Shown: positions 26,701 through 39,522 of the stretch, piece after piece
Numbering within the stretch: position 1 is the first letter of the stretch
Layout: each line of letters begins with the position of its first letter
Source of the DNA: Ministeria vibrans ATCC 50519
Lineage: Eukaryota > Protista > Filasterea
DNA: 64,000 nt
Assembly (NCBI GenBank): GCA_943704425.1
Contig: CALSCP010001488.1
Coordinates: 78,938 to 142,937 of the forward strand
Direction of reading: 5' to 3'
Notes under the pieces: model-generated
Seen by the model: only the letters and a program-made list of their open reading frames with translations
What the model was told of the DNA's origin: nothing
Database searches by the model: none
Position numbers and translations under genes: made by a program

Positions 26701-29700
26701 GGCGGCAGTGAGAACAGACTTGACCGCGCGCATTCCATAGTCGTAGTGGTGTTGTGACGACAGCTGCTCGCTGCACAGACGATATGTGGCGACAATCTTA
26801 CGCGAGAGCGCCCGTGCATTGACAAACCCATACGAGTACAGAAGAATTTCTGCAATGAGAGCGTAGTCGGGGACCATCATGGCCACGGTGCGGAACAGTG
26901 CCTTGAGGTTGTCTAGCATAACACAATAACAATAATATAAAATTAATAACAATAATTATAACATAAAAAAGATAATAATAATAATAATAATTATTATGAT
27001 GATGATGATAATAATAATAATAGTTATTATTACTACGCAACAATCAAGTACAGTATAATGATTGTACAAATCATTTTCACTTTCTTTCTCTTTGTCTTCC
27101 TCTTTCTCGTTCTCTTTGTACGTGTACCTGGCAACTCGGAACGGCCAGCATAGCCAGGGTTCATGGTGATGAAAACACTGCACGTGGGATCGAGCGAGAT
27201 CTCAGTGCCTTCAAAGAGGAAGCGACGTAAACCCTGGTTGATGCCCACTTGAATGGTCAGAATCTGCTGGGCAATGACAGAGAGAACTTCGAGTTCAATG
27301 CGGTTGAACTCGTCAAAGCACGACCAAGCGCCACACGAAGCAAGACCCTTAAAAAATTTGCCCATGGCGATGTAGTCGAGACCATCGGAGCAGTTGAACA
27401 CCACACACTGTTTAGCGACCGCCTTGGCCAAATCTTTGACCGTCTCCGTCTTGCCAGTCCCTGCAGGTCCCTCCGGCGCTCCGCCCAAGTGCAAGTGCAG
27501 TGCGCCAAAGAGTGTGCGATAACACCGGTCCGTTAGTGGCGTAATGACCAGTCTTCCTGTATTTCCAATGTATTCGTAGCCGTACGCCAGCTGCGAGTTG
27601 ATCATTCGTGTCATCACATTGTTGTCCTGGATAAAGAACGAAAGGAAGTAAAAAAAAAGTAAATAATTTATAGAACGAGTGTCAAAACAGGACAATATGC
27701 AAAATAAATATGTAAAATAGTAACACTAAAATTGCTTTGTGACAGATCATCATTGTACCTCCCAATAGTAACGCATTTGACTGAGCCAGGCAAAGTCCTT
27801 TTCGTCGGTGACGTGTCCATCAACGAGGCCCTGAAGGACATCACGGGCGTGCACATCAATGACCACAAGTGCGCCCAGAGTGCGACGGTTCATCTTGTTG
27901 AGCTTGCCGCGCACAAGCTTGACAATGTCCTCGATTTGCGCCGAGCACTGTGCTAGATAGGCAGCGACGTGCGACTCGCCAGCTTGAATAGCAGCATGTA
28001 CGTCTTTGGTCCAGAACACTTGGTTCACGGCAATGACAACCTGTCCGGGCCACGAGACGACCCACTGGATGCGCTCGTCGTCCTCGTAGCACGCGAGAGC
28101 CTCCGTCGTCACCCGGTGCACTGCCTCCAGCATAGCTGTTTCTAGCTGGATCAGCCATCGTTCCACCTGCCCACGCGCCGCCACAGTGTTGATTGGATGG
28201 CTCAATGCCACTAGTTCACCCTCGCTAACAAAGAGAAAAACAATAAAAATGATCAGAAACACCAAGGGGAGGATGCAATAATAATTTTCATTTCTCACTG
28301 ATACCTGCTCTGCATGTGAGTGATTTCAAGGTCGTCGGTGAAGGAGAGTTTGGCAATACCCTGAAAGCACTTCTTAAGGTGGGGTTGGACCCGTCGGGGA
28401 TCCTTGGTCTCGCTGAGGATCTCGAGTAGTTCGTCGTCGCTAAGGAAAAAGAAGCGAGGGAAGGCGAGGCGCTTCTTCTCAAGGTAGCGATTGAGACCGT
28501 TGCGAACGACGTCAAGCATTTCGTTGGCGCTGCGGAGACGATCGCGCATGTTTTCGATACTCGTGACGGTGAGAACGTGGCGATCGACGAGCGCGGCGGC
28601 CATAAGCTCGCGCCACGTCTTGTCGACCAGATTGAATTTGCGGCCCTCTTCGGGCATTTGTGCGTTGATGTCGGGCGACGAGAAGATAAGCTCAAGCGAG
28701 AGCCATGTCGCCTGCACCTTGAGCCACTCGTCAATGATTTCCTGCATAAGCATGAGACGCGCCTCCCATGCGTGCACCTCGGCCTCGCTGGCCTTCGCAA
28801 AGGGTGATCCGCGCATCGTCTGCGTTCGCACAATGTGGTCCTCGAGTAGCATTTGGATCTCGTCGATGGCCGTTAGAATGGACGTGCCCGAGTCGCGGTA
28901 GGGCACCATACTGAACTCCATAGCGTCCCAATCGGTTCGCATGCGCTCGAGGGCCTTCTCCAGAGAGTATTCCTTTGTGGCGAGTTCGCTAATGGTCGAG
29001 AAGGCATCGACAAAGCGTTCGAGATCGAGACGGAAAAAGTCGCGCAGGTGCGACTTTTCCGACGGTCGAATGTCGCGTCCACACGCTTTGCTCATTTGCG
29101 ACCAGTGACGGTCCTTGAGGCCCGGCACACAAATGCATTGTATGAGTGGCATGCGTAGACGGAACGCGTCGACTTCGCCACGCGTCTTCTGTGCCAACTG
29201 CAACGGCTCAGGCTCGCTTGCAAACGCCTTCTGGGCCTTGTACAGGGCACGCCAGCACGCGCCTGTCTCCGTCTCGACTGTATCCGCTTCCACTTCGCAA
29301 AAGGCACCGTCCATCCACAGCGCCTCGCAGCGGTTCCAGTCGACAATGGCCGCGTACAGTTCGGTGTAGGGCTCAAGCTTGAGCGTGAGCGACTCGCGTG
29401 AAGGATACTCGGTGAGTGACCAGCCAAAGGCCGTCTCTTCGCTGTTGAACGACGTGATTTTCTGACTCGCCAGCTCGAGTCGCGACTTGAGTGCATTGGA
29501 CTTCTTCTGGTAGCGCTGCACCTCGCCGTGATCGCCCCAGCCAGCAAGTTCGCCCACTTGCGTTTCGAGCGTCGCCAGGTCGGCGACAAACTTGCGACGG
29601 CGCGCAACGAGATCGTCTTCAAGGCGTTTGCGTGCGCTCCGCATAATTACGCCGTGCTCGTCGAGCACCACATCGATGCGCTGCGGCCAACTGAACGTGG

Positions 29701-32345
29701 CAATATTCTGGGCAACGTCGTCGGAACTAACCGTCGCGTGGCTCACGAGGAACTCAAGATGAGCGCGTGCCGTTTCGATGTCGTCGTCGAGGGCGCGCAG
29801 TGTGCGGCGCTGCACCTCGTTCGTGTACGCTTTGACATCCATAAATTGTTCGGTGTTAGCCGGCACGGTCAGCGCCTTGTCGCTGATCTCTTGGAAGCGT
29901 GCACATATGCGTGCATTAGCCAGACAAGTGTCGCGTGCAACGCGCTCGACGAGACGGTCCGCAAGCGCTTCGGCACGCTCAGCGATGGCATTGTTAAGCT
30001 GGGCACAGTACAGATCGATCATGCCCATCGCCACATAGTCGACTGTGTTGTAGCGGGCGTCGTGTGCAATAGCACGGAACCGAAGAATCTCGGCGGTAAA
30101 CTCTTCAAACGTGTGTTGCTGCGGCGCCTTGGCCCTGGGCACACCATTGTCGTCGACATCCTCCTCATTGTCGTCATCATCCTCGCCTTCGACGTCCTCG
30201 TCGCCCTCGTTGTTGTTGTCACCCTTGTGCTTGCGGGTACCACGTGCAATGCCTGCAAGAAACTCGTCGACGTGGTGCTGTGCCTCGCCAGTCACAATGG
30301 ACGCAAATTTGGTGTAATGAGCGAGATAGGACTGAGGCTGGAGCTGAGCAGCACAGAAGACGCCTGTGACCTGCTCCTTGAGCTGGGCAATCAGCGATTC
30401 CTCGCTGTACGGCACAATGTAGTCGCTGCGCGGCCCTTGGGCATAAATGGAGGGAGCAACGCGAGCGGCATCGCTGGTCGGGTGGGGGAGGCATACGACG
30501 GCGTCGAGCATGCGGTCAAAGACGGCGAGCACACTGGAGAGGAGCGTCTCAAAGGATGGCTCAAAGTGCATCGAGGTGCTGCCGAGGACGAGACGCACGA
30601 CAAAGCGAGGAGGTCGCACAGGCCAGGCGGCCGTGTAGAGGTCGCGGTAGTCGTGGAGGCTGGCGTAAAGTGACTCATGGGCGAGATTTGCAGTGAGCGT
30701 TGCCACGGCGGCCACGAGCGATTCGTCCTGCTGCTCCCGCTGCTGCTGCTCGAGCTGCGCCAGAATGTGCGACTGGAAACGCACGCCAATGTCTTCGCGG
30801 TAAGCATGTAAATGTTGAGTGATGAGCGAGTCAAAGGCAGTGAGTTCCAGAGCAGAAGAAAGAGTCGTGGTGTCGTTGCTGGTAGACGAAGCCATGAGCG
30901 CACGCGTGTCGACAAGGCGGGTGTGGGCATGATCGCGGTGCCAGGTCGAGAGAATAGAGCGGAGTGCCGGCTGAACCGACTGCAGTGAGGTGGTGAGAGA
31001 TGTGCGAGCGTCGGTGAAAGATCGATGCCAGGGTGAGGGCACGAGACGCAGTTCGGGCTCAAGGTTCATGCGATCGTCGTCGGCAAGCAACTGTTGCTTT
31101 GCGCGCGGATCGCGCAGCACAAAGTCTACAATGGCTTTTTTCACGGACAACAAGTAGTCGTCGCGCATTTCATCGCCGAGCTGTTCGGTGAGTTGCTCGA
31201 GTTTGTCGGTGCCGCTGAGGCGAGTCGGAATGCGTTCGCGCACATTGGCATACCACTGTTCTTCCATTGGCGCGACGTGCTCCGTGTCGATGCCGTTGTT
31301 GACGTAATAATAGTAGCGAGCGAGTTCCTTCTCGGTGGGTGACGCGGGGCGGTCGTGGACAAGGTCTCGAATGGGTGGAAGCTGCGGTGGCGGCGGAGGC
31401 GGTCCGTGTTTCTCTGTATCCTGCTGCACAACAATGTTGACGAGAGCGTTGCGAAAGGCCTCACGATCGCGCTTTGTGTTGATCAGTTGGCGACCGCCGG
31501 GTGCCTGCAGAGTCGCTTGCACCGGAGGTACACCTTGGCTTTCGCTCTCGGACCAAAGATGGCGACCGCTTCGACGAGACGCGGGAGACGATGTGAGAGC
31601 CGGCGCGAACATGCAACGCACGGAGTGGTCTGTTGGCTGCATTGCAGAGGCAGCAGCAGCAGCAACAGAGGGTGTGATTGAGTCTACAAGCCATGCTGGG
31701 GTGGGTGCTGTAGGCGGTGGAATGGACGATCGCCGGCGTTTCACAAGAGTCGCGGGGGTTGCTAAGGAAAAACAGTGAAATAATCAGTGAGGAGGAATTA
31801 TAATTGCGCTGTGCTTTGAGTGGATGCATGAGTGCATGTATGTGTATGTGTGTGTGTGAATGTATAGGTGGAGGTGGAGTTGGTGCAGATGGGTAGATTT
31901 GAGGCAGTGTTTGTGCGTACGTTCTTGTTGATGCGATGCGCCTGTTTCAGTTTCTCGCCATTCCGGCGAATCCTGCAACAAAGAACGGACAAGAGATGAG
32001 TGATTGTGGCGTCACATGGTTGCATTAAAGTATTCTTCGTGAAGAAAGAGAGCGTGTTGCGAGCAGGAAATAGTTTGGGAAACGGCTGCTAGGGGCAACG
32101 GAGGCAAAGACGAGAAAGAGGAGTGGACGGATGCCGGGACTGCCGAGAGGACGAGAGTGCGTTTATTTGACTTATTCTCTGTAGTCCCTGTGAAGATTCC
32201 TCGCGATGGCTGACAGTAGGAAAGCAGTAAAGGAAACGGAAAGGAAACATTGAAATTTATGATCATTCTTTACCAGAGGTCCGGTACGAGAAGCAAGGTT
32301 GGATCCCTGTGAGAGTCCTCGAGCAATGTTTGGGTGGCCGCTCAT
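17747..32345 (-). CDS. DNAH7: Axonemal inner-arm dynein heavy chain 7
   Basis: DNAH7-type N-terminus ([12 protein letters not shown]; [19 protein letters not shown]). P-loops [33 protein letters not shown]; also [15 protein letters not shown] and a C-terminal GTLSTTGHSTNF...[12 protein letters not shown]. More than 20 introns phase-checked; the first 1-2 small exons are less certain. Confidence 0.96.
25981..25981 (-). other. One-nucleotide exon (T) of DNAH7
   Basis: Minus strand: ...GAA TCA A|GTACGA..80 nt..GACTAAC-polyT-CTCCTAG|T|GTAAGT..77 nt..TTTTAG|G AAC ACT GTG. A+T+G rebuilds ATG and restores [13 protein letters not shown]. Confidence 0.85.
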
Positions 32346-32991
32346 TGAGGAGAGGGAAAGAGTCTAAACTTTGAGTGGTGTTTCAGATAAATTTTTATCA
32401 CTTATTTTATTTTAATTCTCCCCCCCCCCCCTGTTGAGAAACTCTACTTGTTACTTGTTACTTGTTGATACGCTGAACTACAGGCGTTGGTTTTTGTTTT
32501 TGTTTTTTTTTTGTTTTTGAGTTCACACAAAGTCAAACGGAAGTCAAACGTACGTAACAAAAAAAAAAAAAAAAAAAAAAAAAACGCCTTTCCCCGTGCC
32601 ATTTCTACTCTCCACGCCCTTTATGGTCACTTGACCTTCCTCTTGGCGTCGACCTGCGTCACTTTTGACTATGAACTTTTTCACTGGGTTGATGAAATCA
32701 TTTCATTGGCCGACACTGTCAGTTGTCGTCGAGTCCCCTCGCGCACGCTGTTCCCGGCCCATTTCGCCCTGCTTCTTACTTCGAGTGCCCTCCGGCACAC
32801 TCTGCTGTGCTCTACGTGTTGTGGTTGAAGCACTTTACAATCTAGGACGACATACCTATAAAAAAAATCCCAAAATACTTAAGCTCGCGCTGTGTTCATC
32901 TCCAGCGCCGCTCTGCACGGCCACGGCGTGTCCCTGTCTCCTCCCCCCCCTCACTCACACTAAGCCCTCACCCCTCCCGCTCTTCCAGGCC

Positions 32992-33733
32992 ATGGCGGGT
33001 GCAATGGACGATAAGTTTCTTGCCGATTTGGTTCTCGCTGAGTTCCACAACTTCTCCGACTTGGACAGCAGCACCTCCGTGTCGGCAGCCGCGAGCCCCG
33101 ACGCGTCGACCACCATGGCGAACACATCTTCGGAGGACGACGGCGAGATCGACGAGACGATGGCATCGCTGGCACAAAGCGAATGCAGCGAGGACTTCAA
33201 GGACTTCTCCTTCCTCATGGACGCCGTTTCGCCCGCCGCTGCGTCCGAGTCGTCTCTGTCAAGCATTGCCGGCTCGTCTTCTCCGCCACCACTACCGCAT
33301 CTTTCATCGTCGTCGTCGTCGTCGCCATCGGCCCTGTCGTCGTCTTCGCGTCACCATGTTCGCTCCGCCTCCACCGGCAGCTGCGTCAGCCATGAAGCTT
33401 TTCCCGCCTTGGACGTCGCCGCCCCGACGCCGCCGCCTCCTTCACTCCGTCGTCACACTACTACAACCAACAACAACACAGTTTCCTCTCCTGCTGTGCC
33501 ACCACCACCATCAATGCACGCGTCGACGCTTAGCGCCCAAGCACCGCCAATGTCTCTCCCGCCCAATGTCAATGCGACGGCACTCGCTTCTGCCATGGCT
33601 GCCGCTTCCGCCGCCGGCGGTACCCATTCCCTTGCACCACCCAATGCAGCGACCCTCTCCACCATGATGTCCAACCCCATGCTCGCCTCCATGTTCACCA
33701 TGCATCGTCAAATCGCCCAGATCACAATGCAGC

Positions 33734-33771
<38 letters not shown>

Positions 33772-36318
33772 CCGACACAGCCACAACAGGCAACGACAAA
33801 GACAGTGGCGTCCCGTACCCGACAAGCACCTCAGAAGCAAGCGCCACCCCTCGTAACCGCGCCTCCTCCCCTGGTTGGCATGATGCCAAAGATGCCCATC
33901 CAGCGCTTGCCCAGTGCGCCCGTCAGCACTGTGCGTCCGGCAAGTGCCGCCGACAAGCGAGTGCAACACAACGCTGTCGAGCGTCGCTACCGCAACACCA
34001 TCAATGAGCGCATCAACGAGCTGCGCAAAATTATTCCCGAGTGCCGCGGTTCCACCGACACAACGTCGTCGCTCGCCGCTGACCAGTCGGGCATCAAGAT
34101 GCACAAGGCGACCGTCCTCGCCAAGGCCATTGAGTACATTGCGCGTCTCGAGGCCGACAATGCCCTGCTTACTCGCCGTCTTGAGAAGGCGACGCTGCGC
34201 AACCGCAACAGTGGTCTGGAGCGCAGCAGCGGAAGCACTCATCGCCTCAAGCGAACCGCCGCAAGCGCACTCGATGACGACGACGACGAGGAGGAGGAGG
34301 AGGAGGATATTTTGCGCGCTCATCGTGGTGTCGAGCGAGACATTAGCATGGATGCGGGTGCGGGTGACGAGCTCAGTGACGACGATGACGCCGGCAACGA
34401 CGATGGCGACGAGCTTGTCATGAAGATTGATCGGAGCGCCGTCGTGTCGAGTGAGACAGCAAAGGCCGCTTTGGCGTCGTCGAGTGTGCAAGACGGACGC
34501 AAGAGCAAGCGCCAGCGTGTCCATGCGCCTGGCATGACATCGGACCGCTCGCGTGCCGTCATGTTCACTCTGCTTTTCATCTGCGTCGCGTTTAACCCGG
34601 TCGCCAACCATTTTGGCGACGCTTCCTCCTTCTCAGCGTCCTCGTCCTCGGGTGCTCTCCATGGCGCTACTGGGGCTTCACGCTCACTCAGCGGTACCGG
34701 CGAGCCCACAACGGACCACAGCATCTGGATCATGTCCGTGCTCTTCAACGTGGTGCTATCGCTTGCCTGTCTTGTCCTCTGCTTTCTTGGTGAGCCTGTC
34801 GTGCAAGTAGGCACGGCCCAGTTTGAGCAGGCGCGCCAACATCAGAACAAGGCGCAGTCGGCGCGCTCGGTTGCCGAACAGCGTCGACATGTGTGTGCGA
34901 CGCTTGAGGCACTCGGACGACCCGTTCCCTCAGCCTCGCTGGCTGATCTGCTTGTGGCAAGTCTGTGGCAGTCGGTGCGCCAGGTGAGCCATCGCCTGTG
35001 GTTTGGTCAGATTCTCGATCGTCTCGTGTGCACGCGTAACCAACACTCGCTCGAGTCGACGCGCCTAGCAGTCTCGGCACTGCATCGTCTGCACGCCGTC
35101 GAGCCCCCACTCTCGTGGTCTCGCGCCGTCATTGCTCTCACGGCACTCAACCTCGCCGAGGCAACCAACGACTGGAAGCTCATGGAGCGCGCCCGTGTTG
35201 CCGTGTCGCTTGAGCTCGAAATGGCCGCCATTGTAGTGCCCTGGCCCGCCTCGGTGCTGCTCGAGACGCTCGCTTGGGCCATGCTGCGTCTTGCACGTGT
35301 CTCCAAGGGCGCCGCAGTGTCGTGCCCGCTTGGCTGGCTGCCGGGCGCCGCGTCGACCTTTATGTTGGAGCAGCCGTCGCTGTGGACGAGCCGTGTCATC
35401 TCGGCGGCCACCACTACCCCGGGCGATGTGGTCTCGCAGTTTGGCAAGGCGTATCGCGACGTGACTCTCAACGATGCGTTTGCCTACCTGTGTGGTCGCG
35501 ACAACGATGATTACGCCACCGAGCTGCTTGCCGATGTGTGCGAGTGTGCCGACGTTGCAAACGACCTCCACGCGCAATGGTGGGCCTGTCTCGGACTTGC
35601 CGAGGTGCAGTGGCGCCGTGGAAACAACACGACTGCCATGCAACTGCTTGCGCGTGCCGACTCACTCGCATCCTCGACCCGTCTTGCCTTGAGCGCAAGT
35701 CAGCGTTCGCTGCGCGTCTCGTTTGCCGCACTTGTCCACCTGCACACGGACGGAGGTAGTGAGGCACTCGGTGCGGTGGAGGCTGCGTCGCGCATTGTGT
35801 CGCGTGCCGGTGAGCAGATTGCGTCGCACGACGCATCACTGCTCAACTCACTCGAGCAGGCAGCCCTGCTTATTTCACTGGGCAACATGCTCGGCGCTCG
35901 TCTTCGTCTTTGGCGCTGGATCAAATCGCAGCATGATGTGCCCCAGAACGCTACCGCACAGCTCATGGCGCGCCTCGCGTCCGGCGTCAACGCCGATCTC
36001 GCTGTGCTTACGCACCTGGCCGCCGTGTACCCCGCCGCTCTCCCTTGCCTCTACATGCACCAGGGGGTTGTCCGCGTGCTCACGGGCGCCTCGGGCCCAC
36101 GCACCGCCCAGTTCTTCCAGCGTGCAGCGCGCGAAGCGTCGTCCACCTACGACCGTGCTGTTGCCTTCCTGCGTCTCTCCGAGTGCCACGAGGCCATGGG
36201 CAACCGCAATGCCTGTCATGAGCCCCTCGAGCGCGCCACGCGTCTCTTCGAGTCTCTTAATGCCCCTCCTCACCTCGCGGCCTGTCGTGGTCTCAGAAAA
36301 AGAATAGTTGCCCATTAA
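32992..36318 (+). CDS. SREBF: Sterol regulatory element-binding protein (SREBP), single coding exon
   Basis: Acidic N-terminus; bHLH-Zip with the SREBP-diagnostic Tyr (HNAVERRYRNTINERI, KATVLAKAIEYI); DRSR before TM1; AFNP in TM1; luminal RSLS; TM2 ending GEPV; regulatory-domain LEALGRPVP..DL..SLW. The ATG follows a likely 5'UTR intron acceptor (CTTCCAG|GCCATG). Confidence 0.93.
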
Positions 36319-36586
36319 GTCAATCATCATAATTTTAATACAATAATACTATTATTATTTTTATTACCACAACGTCTTGTTTATACTATTGTTCTTCTTT
36401 ATCGTATTTTCTATTGTAGTCGTCCAAAAGAGAAATTGAAAATGTGAAATAACTAGTGGGTTGCTGTTGAAATTTTGCTGTTGGTTGTACTTTCTTTTTT
36501 CCTCTCTCTCTCCCTTCTCCCTCTCGCTCTCTCCCTCTCGCTCTCTCTCTCTCTCTCCCTCTCTCTGGCGCGTGTGAAGCTGACTC

Positions 36587-38865
36587 CTAACGCTGCGCAA
36601 GACAGAACTGCACACCCATGCCCTCCTTGCCGGCTTCGCCAACCTACGCACAGAGAGAACAATGAGTGGCCAGAGATGAATTATTTGGTATTATTATTAT
36701 TATTGCATACTTGGCAAATAGGACAGAGCTTTCCCTTGTGCTCCGGGAGGAAGGAGGCAGCGCAGAAGGGGCACTGAATGACGGCGTTGCCGCGGTAGAT
36801 GGGCACGTACGAGATGGCGCACACATTGAAGGGGTTGAGGGCGTCGTAGTTGAGCTGGTGTTTGTCGGTGGGGTCCTGCTCGCAGGCTGCAAGCAACTTG
36901 CGAATCTGCGTGGACACATCAGCGCGTGGGCCCATCTCGAGCAGACGACGACACAGCACGGCACACGTCTTCTTGTTCTCCAGCTTGAAGAAGGCACGAG
37001 TGGCTGTCTTGAGGGTCAGCATCACATGGCCCGCCTGCAGTTTGCAGTGCGAAAAGTACACGGCCAGCTCGCACGATCGCTTCACGTCCTCAATCGAGCT
37101 CTGCAAAAAGAAGGGAAAAAAAGAAGAAAAAAGAAGAAGACAATAAAAAGTAAGACAATAAATAAGACAAGGCGATGCGATGATGGTTGTTTTTTTTTTC
37201 TTCGTTTTTTTACCTTGGGCATGTCTTTACGGCGGGTCTCGAGCGACAGACCCAGAATGTACTCGCGACAGGTGTTGAGCATCTCCAGAGCCTCGGCAGC
37301 CTCCTGGCGGCTCTCCACGACGAGCATGGAGAGGTGCAAGAGAACGTCGCGAAACTTGACAAGCGAGTCGCTGAACTTGCCGTTGGTGGTGGCGGTCGAC
37401 GCTGCGTTAAGGCGTTCACCGAGCATGCGTAGGGTAAGTGAGTGGGCCGGCAACTTGTTGCTGGTGCTCGAGTCCTTCCAGTTGCGCAGCAACGAGTGTT
37501 GCAGCGATGGGACGCCCGCGACACCCGGCAGAGACGAGTGTGACGCGAGGTAGGTGTGGAGCACTGCGTCGCGAAGCACGTCAAAGTTGACAGCACCAAT
37601 TTGTTTGGTGAGCATTTGCGCCATGGAATCGAGCGAGCCGGCGGAAGCATGGTCGGCGGCAAGGTGCGAGTGTTTGGTCCAGCCCTGCGAGGCGGGCTGG
37701 CCACGTGTGGGCACGGTGAAGCCACCTGGACCGGCTGTGGCGGCCGCAAGGCTTCCTTCGACCTCAGGGGGCAATTCAATATCTTCCAGGTCGCCGTCGG
37801 ACCATCCACCGCCCGAACCGGCGTCGGAGCCCTCGGCGGCACCACCTTCGTCGTCGCTGTCGTCCCCCCAGCCCCCGGGTGCCTTCTTCTTCTTCTTCTT
37901 GCTGTCGCCGTCGAGACCGAGGTCGTCGTCGCTGTCGTCGCCCCAGTCGCCGCCGCCAAGACCTTCGGCATCGACCGAAACCACGTCGCCAACGGCACTG
38001 CCCTTGCCCGCGTTGTCAAAGAAGCCGCGCGTGACGGCAAGTAGAGGCCAGTTGGCCTCGAAGCAGGGAGTGATGGGCATAGGGGGTTGCATGAGACGAG
38101 CGTCGGGCAGGGAGGAGGGTAGAGCAATCGCGTCGCCGACAAGAGCGCGAATGGCCTCCGCCTCGTCAACAAGGCCGTGTGTGGTAGCGGCGAGGAATGC
38201 GAGAGCGTACTGACCGGCGGCCTTGAGCAGCTTGACGCGCTCGGACACGTCGCCAAGGTAGAGAGCGTTGTGAAACTGCGAAAAGGCATCGCCACGCATC
38301 TCGGCAATCTTGACCATACGACGAAGCTTGTCGATGTTGCCGGTGACGAGGTAGAGAAAGGACAGACGATCAAAGTTCTTGGTGCGCTGCAGCGACATTT
38401 CCAGCACCTGGTGGTTGCCCTGGCGCAGAGCAGCGTCAGCCAGTCGCTCCCAGCACGCCTTGTCCTCGAGTGCTTTGGCGGCCTCGAGGGCCACTTCAAT
38501 GTTGCCGCACTCGAGCGCGAGCGAGAAACGAGTCTTCTCGTCCTTGACAAAGTGCAATGCAACCTCGGGATAACCCTTCTTCTGGAGGTACGAGATGATG
38601 CTCTGGCCAACCAGACGCGAGTTGCGCACCATAAAGAGCACCTCGTCGTACTTGCGTCGCACCAGCGCCAGCTTGAACTTGAATTCGGTCGGGTCAATGC
38701 CCAGCACGCGGGTCTTCACCTCACGGTCCACACAAAAGACACTGGTACCCTTCACCTTGATCAGGTAGATGGGAATGTCCAGTGTTCGGATAATGCCAGC
38801 GTCACTGCAAGTGGGGAAAAAGAAAATAAAAAATTGTGAGCCAAAATTTGAGTGAGTGTCAATGC

Positions 38866-38927
<62 letters not shown>

Positions 38928-39012
38928 TGCAAGTGAGTGTGTGCGTGTATGTATGTGTATTATGGTGTGTGTGTGTGTGTGTATGTATGTGTATTATGGT
39001 GTGTGTGTGTGT

Positions 39013-39050
<38 letters not shown>

Positions 39051-39483
39051 TGCGAGTGAGTGTGTGCGTGTATGTATGTGTATTATGGTGTGTGTGTGTG
39101 TGTGTGTATGTGTGTGTGTGTGTGTGTGCGTACCCAGAGTCGAGAGCGTATTTAATGTGGCTGAGAGTGGTGTAGATGAAGACGCCGTCCTCCTGCCAGA
39201 CGCCGCTCTTGATGCGGATGGTCTCCGTGACCATGCAGAGTACGTCAAGGTCGCGGTTGCAGAGGAAGATCTGAGTGGCCGACATGAGAGCAACGCGCTT
39301 CATGTCGGGTGACCAGGCAACGTATTTGATGAGCGACGCAGACACGCTCGCCATCACGCGGCGCTGTTGCATGTCAAAGAACGACACGGTCTCCTAAAAA
39401 TGATAATAATATAAATAAATAAAAAATTAATAAAAATAACAATAATAATAATAATAATAATAATAATTATAATAATAATAATA

Positions 39484-39522
<39 letters not shown>

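Noticed and set aside
32665-32991. 109-aa N-terminal extension of the SREBP ORF in the track
   Set aside because: It starts at TTG and ends in branch point + pyrimidine tract + CAG just before GCCATG, so it is most likely a 5'UTR intron.
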